Origin: Eledone cirrhosa
Taxonomy: Eukaryota
NCBI GenBank assembly: GCA_964016885.1
Contig: OZ024752.1
Coordinates: 13,516,001-13,580,000, forward strand
Direction: 5' to 3'
DNA length: 64,000 nucleotides
Positions within the stretch are counted from its first letter, which is position 1. The number at the start of each line of letters is the position of its first letter. The position numbers were made by a program, and so were the translations under genes. This document shows, piece after piece, positions 1 through 13,555 of the stretch. The notes under the pieces are model-generated. The model searched no databases, was not told the origin of the DNA, and saw only the letters and a list, made by a program, of their open reading frames with translations.

Positions 1-1576
1 TCGGAAGGGTTCGTCAAATTCTGAATGTCTCAGTTTTCGTGCGACAGCAGAATCAACTTCCGGTTTTGAAAGTCGGAAGGGTTCGTCAAATTCTGAATGT
101 CTCAGTTTTCGTGCGACAGCAGGATCAACTCCCGGTTTTGAAAGTCGGAAGGGTTCGTCATATTCTGAATGTCTCAGCTTTCATGCGACAGCAGAATCAA
201 CTTCCGGTTTTGAAAGTCGGAAGGGTTCGTCATATTCTGAATGTCTCAGCTTTCATGCGACAGCAGAATCAACTTCCGGTTTTGAAAGTCGGAAGGGTTC
301 GTCATATTCTGAATGTCTCAGTTTTCATGCGACAGCAGAATCAACTTCCGGTTTTGAAAGTCGGAAGGGTTCGTCATATTCTGAATGTCTCAGTTTTCGT
401 GCGACAGCAGAATCAACTTCCGGTTTTGAAAGTCGGAAGGGTTCGTCATATTCTGAATGTCTCAGCTTTCATGCGACAGCAGAATCAACTTCCGGTTTTG
501 AAAGTCGGAAGGGTTCGTCATATTCTGAATGTCTCAGCTTTCATGCGACAGCAGAATCAACATCCGGTTTTGAAAGTCGGAAGGGTTCGTCATATTCTGA
601 ATGTCTCAGTTTTCATGCGACAGCAGAATCAACTTCCGGTTTTGAAAGTCGGAAGGGTTCGTCATATTCTGAATGTCTCAGTTTTCATGCGACAGCAGAA
701 TCAACTTCCGGTTTTGAAAGTCGGAAGGGTTCGTCATATTCTGAATGTCTCAGTTTTCATGCGACAGCAGGATCAACTTCCGGTTTTGAAAGTCGGAAGG
801 GTTCGTCATATTCTGAATGTCTCAGTTTTCATGCGACAGCAGAATCAACTTCCGGTTTTAAAAGTCGGAAGGGTTCGTCAAATTCTAAATGTCTCAGTTT
901 TCGTGCGACAGCAGAATCAACTTCCGGTTTTGAAATCGGAAGGGTTCGTCATATTCTGAATGTCTCAGTTTTCATGCGACAGCAGGATCAACTTCCGGTT
1001 TTGAAAGTCGGAAGGGTTCGTCATATTCTGAATGTCTCAGTTTTCATGCGACAGCAGAATCAACTTCCGGTTTTGAAAGTCGGAAGGGTTCGTCAAATTC
1101 TAAATGTCTCAGTTTTCGTGCGACAGCAGAATCAACTTCCGGTTTTGAAAGTCGGAAGGGTTCGTCAAATTCTGAATGTCTCAGTTTTCGTGCGACAACA
1201 GAATCAACTTCCGGTTTTGAAAGTCGGAAGGGTTCGTCAAATTCTGAATGTCTCAGTTTTCATGCGACAGCAGAATCAACTTCCGGTTTTGAAAGTCGGA
1301 AGGGTTCGTCAAATTCTGAATGTCTCAGTTTTCGTGCGACAGCAGAATCAACTTCCGGTTTTGAAAGTCGGAAGGGTTCGTCATATTCTGAATGTCTCAG
1401 TTTTCATGCGACAGCAGAATCAACTTCCGGTTTTGAAAGTCGGAAGGGTTCGTTATATTCTGAATGTTTTCAGTTTTCATGCGACAGCAGAATCAACTTC
1501 CGGTTTCGAAAGTCGGAAGGGTTCGTCATATTCTGAATGTCTCAGTTTTCATGCGACAGCAGAATCAACTTCCGGT
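1..1576. repeat. 72-bp tandem satellite, about 22 copies, running off the left edge
   Basis: Unit tcggaagggttcgtcatattctgaatgtctcagttttcatgcgacagcagaatcaacttccggttttgaaag; gives the 24-aa periodic ORFs 39..959 and 974..1582. Confidence 0.97.
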
Positions 1577-1769
1577 ACGTAACAACACAAGTGTGTGAAT
1601 CTCACTGTTTCTATAATTGCTTCAAAGTTAACCTTTTTTTTTCTATTTTCTATTCGTTTTTCTATTTTCTATTTTTCGTTTTTCTATTCTTTTGTTAATT
1701 CTAATACTTTCTAAGTTTACACTACAACAAGGATAACGTCACCTCTTCTGAAGATGTCTCTAGATATTA

Positions 1770-2428
1770 GCTGTTGTTGTTGTTGTGGTGGAGGTGGTGG
1801 TGGTGGTCGTCGTCTTGGTGGTGGTGGTGGTGTCAGTGGTGCTGTGGTAGTTGTGGTGGTTGTGGTGGTGGAGGTTGTGGTGGTGTTGGTGGTTTTGGTA
1901 GTGGTGGCGCTGGTGGTGGTGCTTGTGGTGGTGGTGTTGTGGTGGTGGAGGTAGTGGTGGTGTTGGTGGTTTTGGTAGTGGTGGTCTTGGTGGTTTTGGT
2001 AGTGGTGATCTTGGTGGTTTTGGTAGTGGTGGTGGTTGTGGTGGTGGTGGTGGTGGTGGTGGTACTGTTGGTGGTTTTGGTAGTGGTGATCTTGGTGGTT
2101 TTGGTGTTGGTGGTGGTGGTGGTGGTGTTGGTGGTGGTGTTGGTGGTTTTGGTAGTGGTGATCTTGGTGGTTTTGGTAGTGGTGGTGGTATGGTGTTGGT
2201 GGTGGCCTTGGTGGTTTTGGTAGTGGTGATCTTGGTGGTTTTGGTAGTAGTGATGTTGGTGGTGGCGCTGGTGGTGGTATTTGTGGTGGTGGTGGTAGTG
2301 GTGTTGGTGTAGTGGTGGTAGACATGTTGGAGGTGGTAGTGGTAGTGATGTTGTTGGTCGTCGTCATGGTAATAGCTATGTTCATAGTAGCAGTAGTGTT
2401 AGTGGTTTAGTGGTGGTGATGGTGGTGA
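1770..2428. repeat. (GGT)n-rich low-complexity trinucleotide tract
   Basis: GGT/TGG/GTA runs directly visible. Confidence 0.95.
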
Positions 2429-2452
2429 AAAATAAAATGTGAAAGATATATA

Positions 2453-2529
2453 CAGGATGTTCCCCAAAAATGTATACATACTTCAACAGCATTCTAATGA
2501 AAGTGTGTATACATTTTGGGGACACCCTG
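2453..2529. mobile_element. Tc1/mariner-type mini-MITE (related copy about 5149-5248)
   Basis: TA|caggatgttcccca...tggggacaccctg|TA; imperfect CAGGGTGTCCC-type TIRs flanked by TA. Confidence 0.6.
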
Positions 2530-2706
2530 TATATTATATATATTGGATTTTTCCAAATTTAAGGGTTTCTTAAGAACTTTCAATGCTTATTTTATGTTTT
2601 GCCGTCTGAATAGCTCAGACTTTCTAAACTGACAGTCCTCAGTGAAATATGTATAATGGAGTTTTAAATAACCCTGAACTAACTGAATATGGACGCCTAT
2701 CTTTTA

Positions 2707-2761
<55 letters not shown>

Positions 2762-3008
2762 TAGGTAGTATGATAAAATACTTGTGTTGGTACCAAATGA
2801 AGCATTCTATACACAGGCAGAGTGTATACAATAGAAAAAACGAGGAACTTTCATTTACATATGAAAAATATTTATTGCGTTTCGACCTGTTACGTGCGTT
2901 TCGCAGGATCGGCTCAAGGTAACCCATAGTAGTTGTGGACCCGACTCCAGTATCGATCTGCTCTTTCGACTGGTGATGAGACAAAAGATATATTTGTGTT
3001 GTTTAAGC

Positions 3009-3076
<68 letters not shown>

Positions 3077-3081
<5 letters not shown>

Positions 3082-3571
3082 ATACTTTGGGAGGGTCATG
3101 TTGCCAATAGGAAACACACGCACCAGTTGCTTTCACTTCAATTTATTATAATAAATTTATAAATTTCGGGATTTATAAATTTCCGGTTGGTTGGTTCCAC
3201 AACCAGATGATTGTTTATATATTGTCAAAGTTCTTTCGTCACACATTCTGTGACCTCTTCACTGACATCAAAACTTACAATTAAGGACAATGAAAACACA
3301 GACGCACATAGAACAAACAACCGACCAGTAACATGTAAATAAACAAATAAATAAACAAATACAAACACACACAGACACCCGGATGTAAAACATTGCGCAA
3401 ACTAAGCACACAACACACACAAAAACAAGATGGCGTAGGACAGAACAAAGGAGAGGCACAAAAACAAAGAAAAGAATACCCAGTCACTGAAGAGGTCACA
3501 GAATGTGTGACGAAAGAACTTTGACAATATATAAACAATCATCTGGTTGTGGAACCAACCAACCGGAAATT
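3077..3571. mobile_element. Fold-back element with about 90-bp inverted arms carrying a hammerhead motif; putative Penelope-like pLTR derivative
   Basis: 3179-3267 is the reverse complement of 3483-3571; abuts (TA)n; related copy at about 38720-39410. Confidence 0.7.
3483..3525 (+). ncRNA. Minimal type-I hammerhead ribozyme motif
   Basis: gtca-CTGAAGA-g-gtcaca/gaatg/tgtgac-GAAA-gaac-TT-tgac; stem I gtca/tgac, stem II gtcaca/tgtgac. Confidence 0.7.
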
Positions 3572-4009
3572 GATAGAATATTCTATCAATGTGACCACTT
3601 ACTACTTTTCTATCGTCAATTCAAAACCTGTTCCCAAACAGACCTATTATATTAAATCTTTGTTGGGTTTTTTCAATAAACAAATATAATTATTTCTGAA
3701 GACAGCATATATATGTGTAGGTATATATATTCCCTCTGATATTTTGTAAAAATTTTACATAGATCTATATGATATACATACCAACACACACATATATATC
3801 CTAGAAACGATCGTAAAATGATGAATTTTTTAATATAAGGAACTGTTTCTTTGTTTTTATTCATTATTTTTATTAATTTATCTTGACTCTGTTTTCCTGT
3901 GTTTTTCATCGAAAAAAATTTTGAATACATCTTCTCTTTTCATGATATTTGGATTACATTGAGTTCATCATACGGATTGGACACTACCGTATATTTTGGT
4001 AGATTTATC

Positions 4010-4050
<41 letters not shown>

Positions 4051-4057
<7 letters not shown>

Positions 4058-4895
4058 AGACGTAAAATAAGAAAATTATAAAATTAACTTACTAAAATAT
4101 CACTTCCAACTAATTAGTTTCTGGAATGGAGTAAATATATTTTCCGAAGAATAATATAGAGAAGCATTCCGTCGTCAGGAAAGTCTATTCGCATGTAAGT
4201 TTCCAGGCAAAGCGAGGACACTGGAAACTTATTAAAAAATAATTCAGTGGATAGGAAATAGCGAAGCGTGGACTGAATTCCAAGCCATTGAGAAAATCAC
4301 TGCCTCTACGTCTGTGGCAAATTCAAAAAGAATCGAACACGTGACATCGAGGTCAATCAGTGGAAAGTGGTTTGCTAATAAGACAGCGGCCTGCCTACAA
4401 CCGTAGCAGCAGTCATGGCCAATATTGCTCGACAAATAATTTGGAGATAATAATAAACAATTCATATCTAGTAACATATATATATATATATACAGATGCA
4501 TATCAATGCTAGCAAATATATAGGTTTTGTCTTAATAACAGTGTGGTTCAATGCATGGGGCTGCAGAACAATAATATAAGAGACGTAAAATAAGAAAATT
4601 ATAAAATTAACTTACTTACTAAAATATCACTTCCAACTAATTAGTTTCTGGAATGGAGTAAATATATTTTCCGAAGAATAATACAAAGAAGCATTCCGTC
4701 GCCAGGAAACCTATATATTTAATATAGTTAATTTATATAGTTAATTTTATAATTTTCTTATTTTACGTCTCTTATACTATTGTTCTGCAACCCCATGCAT
4801 TGAACCACACTGTTATTAAGACAAAACCTATATATTTGCTAGCATTGATATGCATCTGTATGTATATATATGTTACTAGATATGAATTCTTTATT
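4051..4895. repeat. Composite direct plus inverted repeat element
   Basis: 4051-4190 is repeated at 4575-4710; about 4450-4612 is inverted at about 4740-4895. Confidence 0.8.
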
Positions 4896-4927
4896 ATATA
4901 TATATTATATATATATATATATAGAGA

Positions 4928-4996
4928 GAGAAAAAATTTACGAAATGGAAATGCGGGTATATATACCCGCATTTCCATTTCATAAATTTTTTCTCC
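4928..4996. repeat. Near-perfect palindrome of about 68 bp
   Basis: gagaaaaaatttacgaaatggaaatgcgggtata|tatacccgcatttccatttcataaattttttctc. Confidence 0.85.
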
Positions 4997-5100
4997 ATAT
5001 TTTCTCCGGATTTTAAAACACACTTTATTATACGTTGAGCAATCTCTGACGTCAGTTGACTCCATCCAATGCAACTACTTAGTAACATTGGAATACAAAT

Positions 5101-5134
<34 letters not shown>

Positions 5135-5617
5135 CATATATATACATACAGGGTGACCCAAAGAAATGTATACTTACTTTAAGAGCATTCTAATAAATAT
5201 TGCCTGTACAGGTAATCAAAGTATGTATACATGTCTGGGGACACACAGTATATACATAACTGCTTGTCTTACTTACCCTTTTTTATGTTTGTGTGTTTTC
5301 TTTTGTGATCCCCTCTTTGTGTTTTGTACTCCTGAAGAAGGACTAAAGCCCGACACGGAGAACTTTCGTTCCTCTTTCCAATATAAAGCGTGACACTAAT
5401 AACACTTTTTGTACCTCTGTTTTGTCGTATCCTTGAACTATATACATATACATACATAGATACATACATACAGACAATACACAGTCAACGCGATCAGTCG
5501 CATATTTTGGCGTGGGAGACGATTTATTAAATTTAAGATGAATACTATCTCCGACAGTAATGCTACAACTACAGTCATGTGGAATAACTGATTATTCTTC
5601 TAACTATATCTACCCAA

Positions 5618-5821
5618 GACTACTCCATTCAATGGAAAACCATCACTCAGTCCAAGCCTTAGGCAAGGGGCAATCTGTCGTGTGAACTATATGTTGATGA
5701 ACAAATAAATATTCTAAAGAGATTACGCAATAGCGATTGCCTAAACTCAAGGAATGTATTCTTCACACGTTGTCCACACGTCTGGAAACACCTCTTACAT
5801 AACTACAAAGCTCCGGATTGA
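5618..5821 (+). pseudogene. Decayed C-terminal part of a Penelope-like GIY-YIG endonuclease
   Basis: Manual translation DYSIQWKTITQSKP*ARGNLSCELYVDEQINILKRLRNSDCLNSRNVFFTRCPHVWKH resembles the PLE W..C.LC..E...LN.R.E...C.H tail; internal stop. Confidence 0.55.
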
Positions 5822-6039
5822 ATTACAACAACATCCTAATTTTCTTATGAACTAGAAACTTTCGGACTTTAGCAGTTATCTATCTTACACCTCTCGCACG
5901 CAATTTAGTATTGCCTGAGTGAAGTGGCCGTTTCTGCGCATGCGCGTCCGTACGGTTGTCCTTCCTGTTCCGTATAACCATGTCCATTACGAGCTGAGGA
6001 TCCGCTAAGGTGAAACAATTGGTATGGTGAACAAACTTG

Positions 6040-6143
6040 TGTAACCACTTCTACCTAACTCGTCCCATGGGCTGAGTGCTCTACCACTACAGATATTACC
6101 TTCCAGTGTTCTACATCTATATATATATATGTATATATAAAAG

Positions 6144-6174
<31 letters not shown>

Positions 6175-6833
6175 GGAAAAAATGAAACGAAATTTCATTT
6201 CCCACTCTTAGTACGGCTGTTACTTAACTATAAGTACGTACACGTACATACATATATGTATACAGACCTACAGTAGTATGTATATATACATACATGCACA
6301 TATATATATGTACGTATGGATTCACCGAACATTTATTATAATGCTCGGTGTGTTTGTAAACAAACATCCCGTATTAAGCCGTAGTGTCTAGCAACCATCG
6401 TTGCTCGTTTGTTCAACACTGACAAAGGAACGCTGTACTAGTTTCAAGCTTATTAGCTATCGTCAGCAACGTATACCTTCCTGCCAGATTGTTGAACGTA
6501 TATACTTACCTTATGCATATTACCGGCTGAGATGCCCAATTTGCATATCGAGTGGGTTAATCGGCCGGGTGCACCGAAAACGATAAACGGAAAAAATGAA
6601 ACGAAATTTCATTTCCCACTCTTAGTACGGCTGTTACTTAAATATAAGTATGTACACGTACATACATATATGTATACGGACGTACAGTAGTATGTATATA
6701 TATAAACATACATGCACACATATATATATGTACGTACATATATATATGTACGTACATATATATATATGTGCATGTATGTATATATATATACATACTACTG
6801 TACGCCTGTATACATATATGTATGTACGTGTAC

Positions 6834-6894
<61 letters not shown>

Positions 6895-6970
6895 TGTAGA
6901 ACACTGGAAGGTAATATCCGTAGTTGTAGAGCACTCAGTCCATGGGACGAGTTAGGTAGAAGTGGTTACA
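6040..6970. repeat. Element with about 80-bp terminal inverted repeats and an inner direct duplication
   Basis: 6040-6120 is inverted at 6890-6970; aaacggaaaaaatgaaacgaaatttcatttcccactcttagtacggctg occurs at about 6171 and 6585. Confidence 0.75.
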
Positions 6971-7042
6971 TATATATATATATGTATATATATATTTATG
7001 TATATATGTTTACATGTATATATATATATATGTATATATATA

Positions 7043-7079
<37 letters not shown>

Positions 7080-7265
7080 ATGTGTGTGTGTATTTTTATT
7101 CTTATATTGTATATTCCTCTGGATACGTGTGTATATGCTTACCCTTATATATGCGGATATATGTGTCTATGTTTGTATCTGTATACATGCTTGTGTATAT
7201 ATGTATGTGTATGTGCGTGTATGTACGGATATTGCTTGTATGTGTGTATACATGTGTATATGTGA

Positions 7266-7299
<34 letters not shown>

Positions 7300-7606
7300 A
7301 TATGTATATATATATGTGTGTGTATGTTCGTGGATATGTATGTGGATATATGTAAATATATATATGTATATATGTATATATGTATATATATATGTGTGTG
7401 TATGTTCGTGGATATGTATGTGGATATATGTAAATATATATATATATATATATGTATGTATATATGTATATATATATGTGTGTGTATGTTCGTGGATATG
7501 TATGTGGATATATGTAAATATATATATATATATGTATGTATATATGTATATATATATGTGTGTATGTTCGTGGATATGTATGTGGATATATGTAAATAAA
7601 TATATA

Positions 7607-7654
<48 letters not shown>

Positions 7655-7939
7655 TGTATGTATATGTATATGTGTGTGTGTGTGTATGTATGAGTGTGCG
7701 TATGTTTGTATTTATGACCTCGTACATATATTCTTTTAGGTATGCATGTATGTGTATGTACATATGTTTGCATTGTGAGTGAATATATTTTTTCTTATAT
7801 GTGTGTGTTGGTGTGAGCCTGTATATATGTGTGTGTTGGTGTGAGCCTGTATATATGTGTGTGTATGTGTATTTATGTATATATGATGGCTGCCCCTCGT
7901 TATCGAGTATGGCCATTGCACGATATACCATTATTAATA

Positions 7940-8130
7940 AGGCGGTGGAATGGCAGAATTGGTAGAGGGTCGGACATGCTTTCCAGCATAGTTACGTCCC
8001 TCTATGATCTGAGTTCAAATCCCGCCGAGGTTAATTTTTCCTTTCATCCTTACGAGGTCGATAAAATAAAGTACCAGTAATGTACTGGGATAATTGCTGG
8101 CTTTGTGCAAAAAGTAGAAACAATTATTAA
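7940..8130 (+). mobile_element. tRNA-derived SINE family A copy
   Basis: A-box-like tggcagaattgg and B-box gagttcaaatccc; body ...ctttcatccttacgaggtcgataaaataaagtaccag; (ATT)n tail; at least 13 copies in the window. Confidence 0.8.
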
Positions 8131-8449
8131 TAATTATTAATTAATTCTATCGTGCAATGCCTGTGCATGAAGATATTTTTTAAAGTGATGAAAGACTGTG
8201 CACAGAGCCAATCCCACTCTCTGAGCGACAGTAGCTATAACCCGAAAAGAAGAAAAGGTCAACATCATCGGTAACTACTGAGCCGCAGGTTTTATATCGG
8301 AGTTATCCCAGTTTCCGGAGTTGCTTTCTAGAAGTATGCCCTGACAAAGGCTCGGGGTCCTTCACTCACAGTGGTTTAACCACGTGGTACATGTGTATAT
8401 ATATGTATATATATATATGTACTTACACACACATATATATATATATGTG

Positions 8450-8514
<65 letters not shown>

Positions 8515-8557
8515 ATGTATATATATATATATATACATATATATGTGTGTGTGTATG

Positions 8558-8965
<408 letters not shown>

Positions 8966-9121
8966 TATATATATATACATTCATTTGATTTATTGATTTA
9001 TTGATTTTTTATCTGAGTGTCCCGAATCTTCCAGATCGCAATTTTTCGGTCGTACGGTTGATTATAGACTTGTTCTATGTGTGACGGTATTGTGCGCCGA
9101 TTTTTCGATACTCGATTATTC

Positions 9122-9184
<63 letters not shown>

Positions 9185-9420
9185 TTTTCTTGTTTTTAAT
9201 ATTTTTCGTGTCTGCTAATTCCACTGAACTGAATCGAAGTGTTATGCATGTGTGTGTGTTTATGTATGTGTGTGAGTATATGTATTTATGTGCATGTGTG
9301 TGTGTGTGTGTACATGTATGCATGTATGTATGTGTGTGTGTGTGTGCGCCTATATATCTATATATGTATATATTATTCAAAATATTAACAAATGAAAGAT
9401 ATTCACATAATAAAAATATA

Positions 9421-9490
9421 TGCTTTATTATATATATTTCAAAGGTACTGTGCTGTTTTTTTTCAGTACGTCTTCATCAGATAAAATATA
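9421..9490 (-). ncRNA. Minimal type-I hammerhead motif
   Basis: Reverse complement reads attttat-CTGATGA-agacgtactg...cagtaccttt-GAAA-tatata-TA-ataaag. Confidence 0.65.
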
Positions 9491-10759
9491 TGATTTGATA
9501 TATGACATACCGCTACGGTCTTGATTATACAATTCCAGTATTGGCAGTGATTTATTTCATCAAATCTCAATGTTTATATACCACAAATAATATGATAAAC
9601 TTAAAGAAGAAAAGGACGTAGAGCAAATTAGAGATATGAGAGAGAGTGTAAATAGGAGGAAAGGCAATAAAAAATAAATAAATACATATATAAATACATA
9701 CATAAATAGATAAAAGAATGAATGAGTAAAAGAAATATATAAAAAAGAAAAGAGGAATAACGACAAAAGATGGAAAGTGTAAGGAAAGTAAAAGGAAGAG
9801 AGTGGGGGTAAAGAAAAATAAAGAAAAATAAAGGAAGCATCAGATAGAGGGGGATAGAGAAAAAACCCGTTGTTTTCAAATACAAGATCAAATAGGACAT
9901 TCCATCAATTCAACTGAACAATTGAATATCTTTAGTATTTGATTATGCAATAGCTAATTATACTTATATATTATATCAAAATTAATCAGTATAGATTATT
10001 TTCTATAGCAATCACATATATCGCTTAATTAAAAATTTATATAATTTAATTTAACTCATTATACATTTTTATTTTTTATTTTAAGGTAAGATATTCTATA
10101 AATATTTATTTACAACTTTAAAAAAATTAATTTTTAAAGCGTATTTAAATAATTATTACATATGCATTAAAATCTAATACCATGCATAAATCAGCATCAA
10201 TACATATAATATATTTAGATCATATATTACTCAAATTATTTAATTATGATATTCTCTTTATAAAATCTTCACTATTCTTTAATTTTCATTTAATTTCTAG
10301 GATTAAACTGCAGTTACATTTACTCTCAAAAGTTTAATTTCATTAATTTAATGAAAGGTTATATTTACTTCTGTATTTACTTATTTTGATATATAGTTTC
10401 ATTTTAATGATAGTCTGTGTATTATTAGTCTTTATATTTCAAAACTAATATAATTCAACAAGCTAGTAAAAAAGAAAGGACATTTTTACGGACAAAGTAA
10501 ACAAAGGGAAGATAACTCATTCACCGTATAAATATTTATAACATATCTTTACTCATACATTCCGCAATATTTTGAAAACCATAAATCATCTATTGCAAAT
10601 ATCATAAAAGATGTTTAGTTAAATATTGAACTATCCTAATCAAAACATAGGAGACTCTTAATGAAATAATTCAAATACATATAAACAACTTATTACCACA
10701 ATAAGGCAAAAGCATATATATATTAAATTATTAATTGTCAATATTTTTTCGAAACTTGT

Positions 10760-11112
10760 ACAATGCTTGGAAAGTTTTACCAATTTTATGGTGACAACTA
10801 CTGAACAATTCGTTTTTTTTTTGTTGTTGATTAAATTGTCATAATTTGTAATTATCTGTAGAGTCTCAAAGTTACAAAGATTGCAATTTTGCGAAATAGT
10901 TGCGTTCTGATAGGAATTGGTTTTCTTTAACATGGTCCAAATGATGGAGTATTTAGTAGTATTGTCCTTTAAAGACCATATTAAATGTGAAAGTGAAGTT
11001 GAAAATGTCTTATCTGGTTTAGTAAAATACTGTCTGTGATTATACCAACGTTCCTTAAATTTAGATGAAGTGACACCAATATAGTTATATATATTATCAT
11101 TTGTCTTAATTT
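10760..11112 (-). pseudogene. Penelope-like GIY-YIG endonuclease fragment
   Basis: The frame upstream of ORF 10658..10933 reads IKTNDNIYNYIGVTSSKFKERWYNHRQYF...STSLSHLIWSLKD...IIWTMLKK..SYQN..CNLCNFE, then frameshifts to KNELFSSCHHK. Confidence 0.8.
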
Positions 11113-11410
11113 GATAGAATGATAGAGTCGTTAGAACGTCAGATAGAATGGCAGAGTCATTAGAACGTCTGATAGAATGGTAGAGTCGTTAGAACGTGGT
11201 ATAGAATGGTAGAGTCTTTAGAACGTCAGATAGAATGGTAGAGTGGTTAGAACGTTGGATAGAATGGTAGAGTCGTTAGAACGTCGTATAGAATGCTCTA
11301 TGGTATTTGTCCAGCTCTCTGCTCTCTGAGTTCAAATCCCGCCGAGGTCAACTTTGCCTTTCATCCTTCCGAGATCGATAAAAAAAGTAGCAGTCCCGTA
11401 CTGGGATCGA
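11113..11410 (+). mobile_element. SINE family A-like copy with the head region tandemly amplified (29 bp x about 6)
   Basis: gatagaatggtagagtcgttagaacgtca repeats at 11113-11295, followed by gagttcaaatcccgccgagg. Confidence 0.75.
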
Positions 11411-12639
11411 TTCTTCCTCTATAGAAAAACTCGGTTGTGTTCAGACCTGGAGAGGGTTGGGCTCCTTAAATGCGCCCTAGACATGCTGTATGATAGTGCC
11501 CCTACATCCCCACAAGAAGTTATAGGATCTTTATCATTATGAATACATTGTATATATTTTCCCTAGTAACTCGCATGAGATCAGACTAGATCTTCATTTG
11601 GGAATACTTTCCTGTGTGGCCTCAACTTCCCTCGTGGTTTCTATACCTTCCACCTTTATCTTTGCTCTCACTCTCTCTCTCTGTCTCTCTCTCTTTCTCT
11701 CTTTCTCTCTGTCACACACACACACGACACCATCTATCTCACCTACACACTACCACTCGCTCTCTCTCTCACACACACATGACACCAGCCACCTCACCTA
11801 CACACTATCTCTCTCTCATACACACACACACACACGACACCAGCCACCACACCTACTGTTTCTCTCTGACACATACATATATACACTAATAGACCCTTTG
11901 GTCTCGCCACGCACGAGATTTAGCCCCGAGATTTAGCCCTCCATACACACAGACTCCTACGATTGCATCATACCTGGCCCTCGGTCATTATAACGCAACA
12001 TACACCACTCTTACACATGTTGATTCATGCACGCGTGTGCGCCTGCGTATATAGCCCTTCCCCTACCGACATCACTCACCACCGACATATAGTGCCGGAT
12101 ATAGGACAAATGAGGTCCTGTGTTAGTTAAGTTATGTGGCCCCTTACTTGGGATCTGAATGAGGTAAATCTTTGGTGGTGGTGGTGGTAAGGGTTCAGGG
12201 AGATGGGCCCCCTCTTGGCCAACGAGGCCCTGTGCTTAATCTCACATAAGTAGAATGGTAAATCCAGCACTGCCGACATGCAACGCTTGCCGGTGTATGA
12301 GTGCTTGTATCATCTCCTGCATGCGTGGCTGTTTTTGCCTGGTTGGGGTGCCGTTAGTGTTAAACGTTCCCCAACATTTACTCCACCCAGCACCCACTTC
12401 TCGGCTCTATCCCCTTCTCCACGCACATAGTTACCCCACCCTTCGTAGTTCATCTGTTGTACCGCCATATCGTCAAAACCTAAACCAAGCAGTTTGTTTT
12501 ACGGCCATAAAAGAAGGTTCAATTTCGTCTTTAAAATCGGAAGGAGTGCATCTTGCCAGAGGAAAGAGCCTCGGAAATGTGTTCGCCATCTTGACTACAG
12601 GACGTAGCTGAGTTATACTGCCTAGCCTAGGATGTAGAG

Positions 12640-12743
12640 CAGGCATGAGCAATCTTTTTCCGAGCAGTGGGTCGTACTACTAAAAATTTCAAGGCAGGTT
12701 TGAAATTAGGCGTGCCACGTGGGCTGCAGTTTACTCATGAATG
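12640..12743. mobile_element. hAT-like MITE
   Basis: caggcatgagcaa...ttactcatgaatg with imperfect 8-bp TSD atgtagag/atttagag. Confidence 0.55.
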
Positions 12744-13555
12744 ATTTAGAGTTTACCCTACACTTCCTTTTTCTTTTCATTATGTAATTATTTCATCCCC
12801 GGCCCCTTTTTCTATTTTTTCTCTTTCTTATTTAATTTTCTTCTTCTTCTTGAGAGGGCCGTGAGGGCAGATCCCTCAAAAGTTCCTTCCAGCGGGTCCT
12901 ATCAGGCAGAGCCTTTCTGTTAGATAACGGGTCGCATGTAGCAGATAGTGATACGGCCACAAGATATGATCGTTAGTTGCAATATAAGTGAGCAGCTGCT
13001 GGACGAATAAGCAACCCCGGACCAACAGCAGTAAGAAGACTAGGGAGATGGAGCAATGGTGATACCTGTAGCTCCCAAGAAAACTCTCACAACCCAGTGA
13101 TGAAGCTACGACGAGGCGTGTAAAGGCCACCCCCAAAAAACACTAGTCTTCGCGGGATTGACAAAGTGTCAGATTGGTGACTGGTGTGGGTAAGACCACC
13201 GACACTGCAACTGCAATATGGAGAGAGGAACCAAAGGAGAGCCATACCCCATCGTCCTTCGCGTGGGTCAACAAGAGATGCGTTCAGGCCTTAGGTAGAG
13301 GGGGGCCAGTTCGAAAAAAATATATTCATCTCGTAAAAACTGGCGATGGGCTTGCGACCTGTCATGGGAGGCGTGGGGCGGACGCAAAATGATTACGTAT
13401 CCTATGACCCCAAAGAGGATCCGGAAGGGAACAAACCTTATTTTAATATTTTTTAAAAAATAAATTTGCAAGTAAAGACAATGATACAAGGGAAATAACT
13501 CTTATTATTATTTACGCCATATAATAAAAGTTATTTCCCTTTTATGGTTGGTGTG

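Noticed and set aside
39-1582. 306-aa and 202-aa repeat proteins
   Set aside because: The 72-bp unit is a multiple of 3 and lacks a stop in one frame; single-base indels break the frame and there is no splice or domain evidence
7940-8030. tRNA genes suggested by A/B boxes
   Set aside because: No complete cloverleaf; they continue into a SINE body and are multi-copy SINE heads
12845-13440. GC-richer segment with a (CTT)n end resembling the 20916 RTE-type tail
   Set aside because: Probably a mobile-element remnant, but there is no recognisable coding motif or TSD, so it is left unclassified
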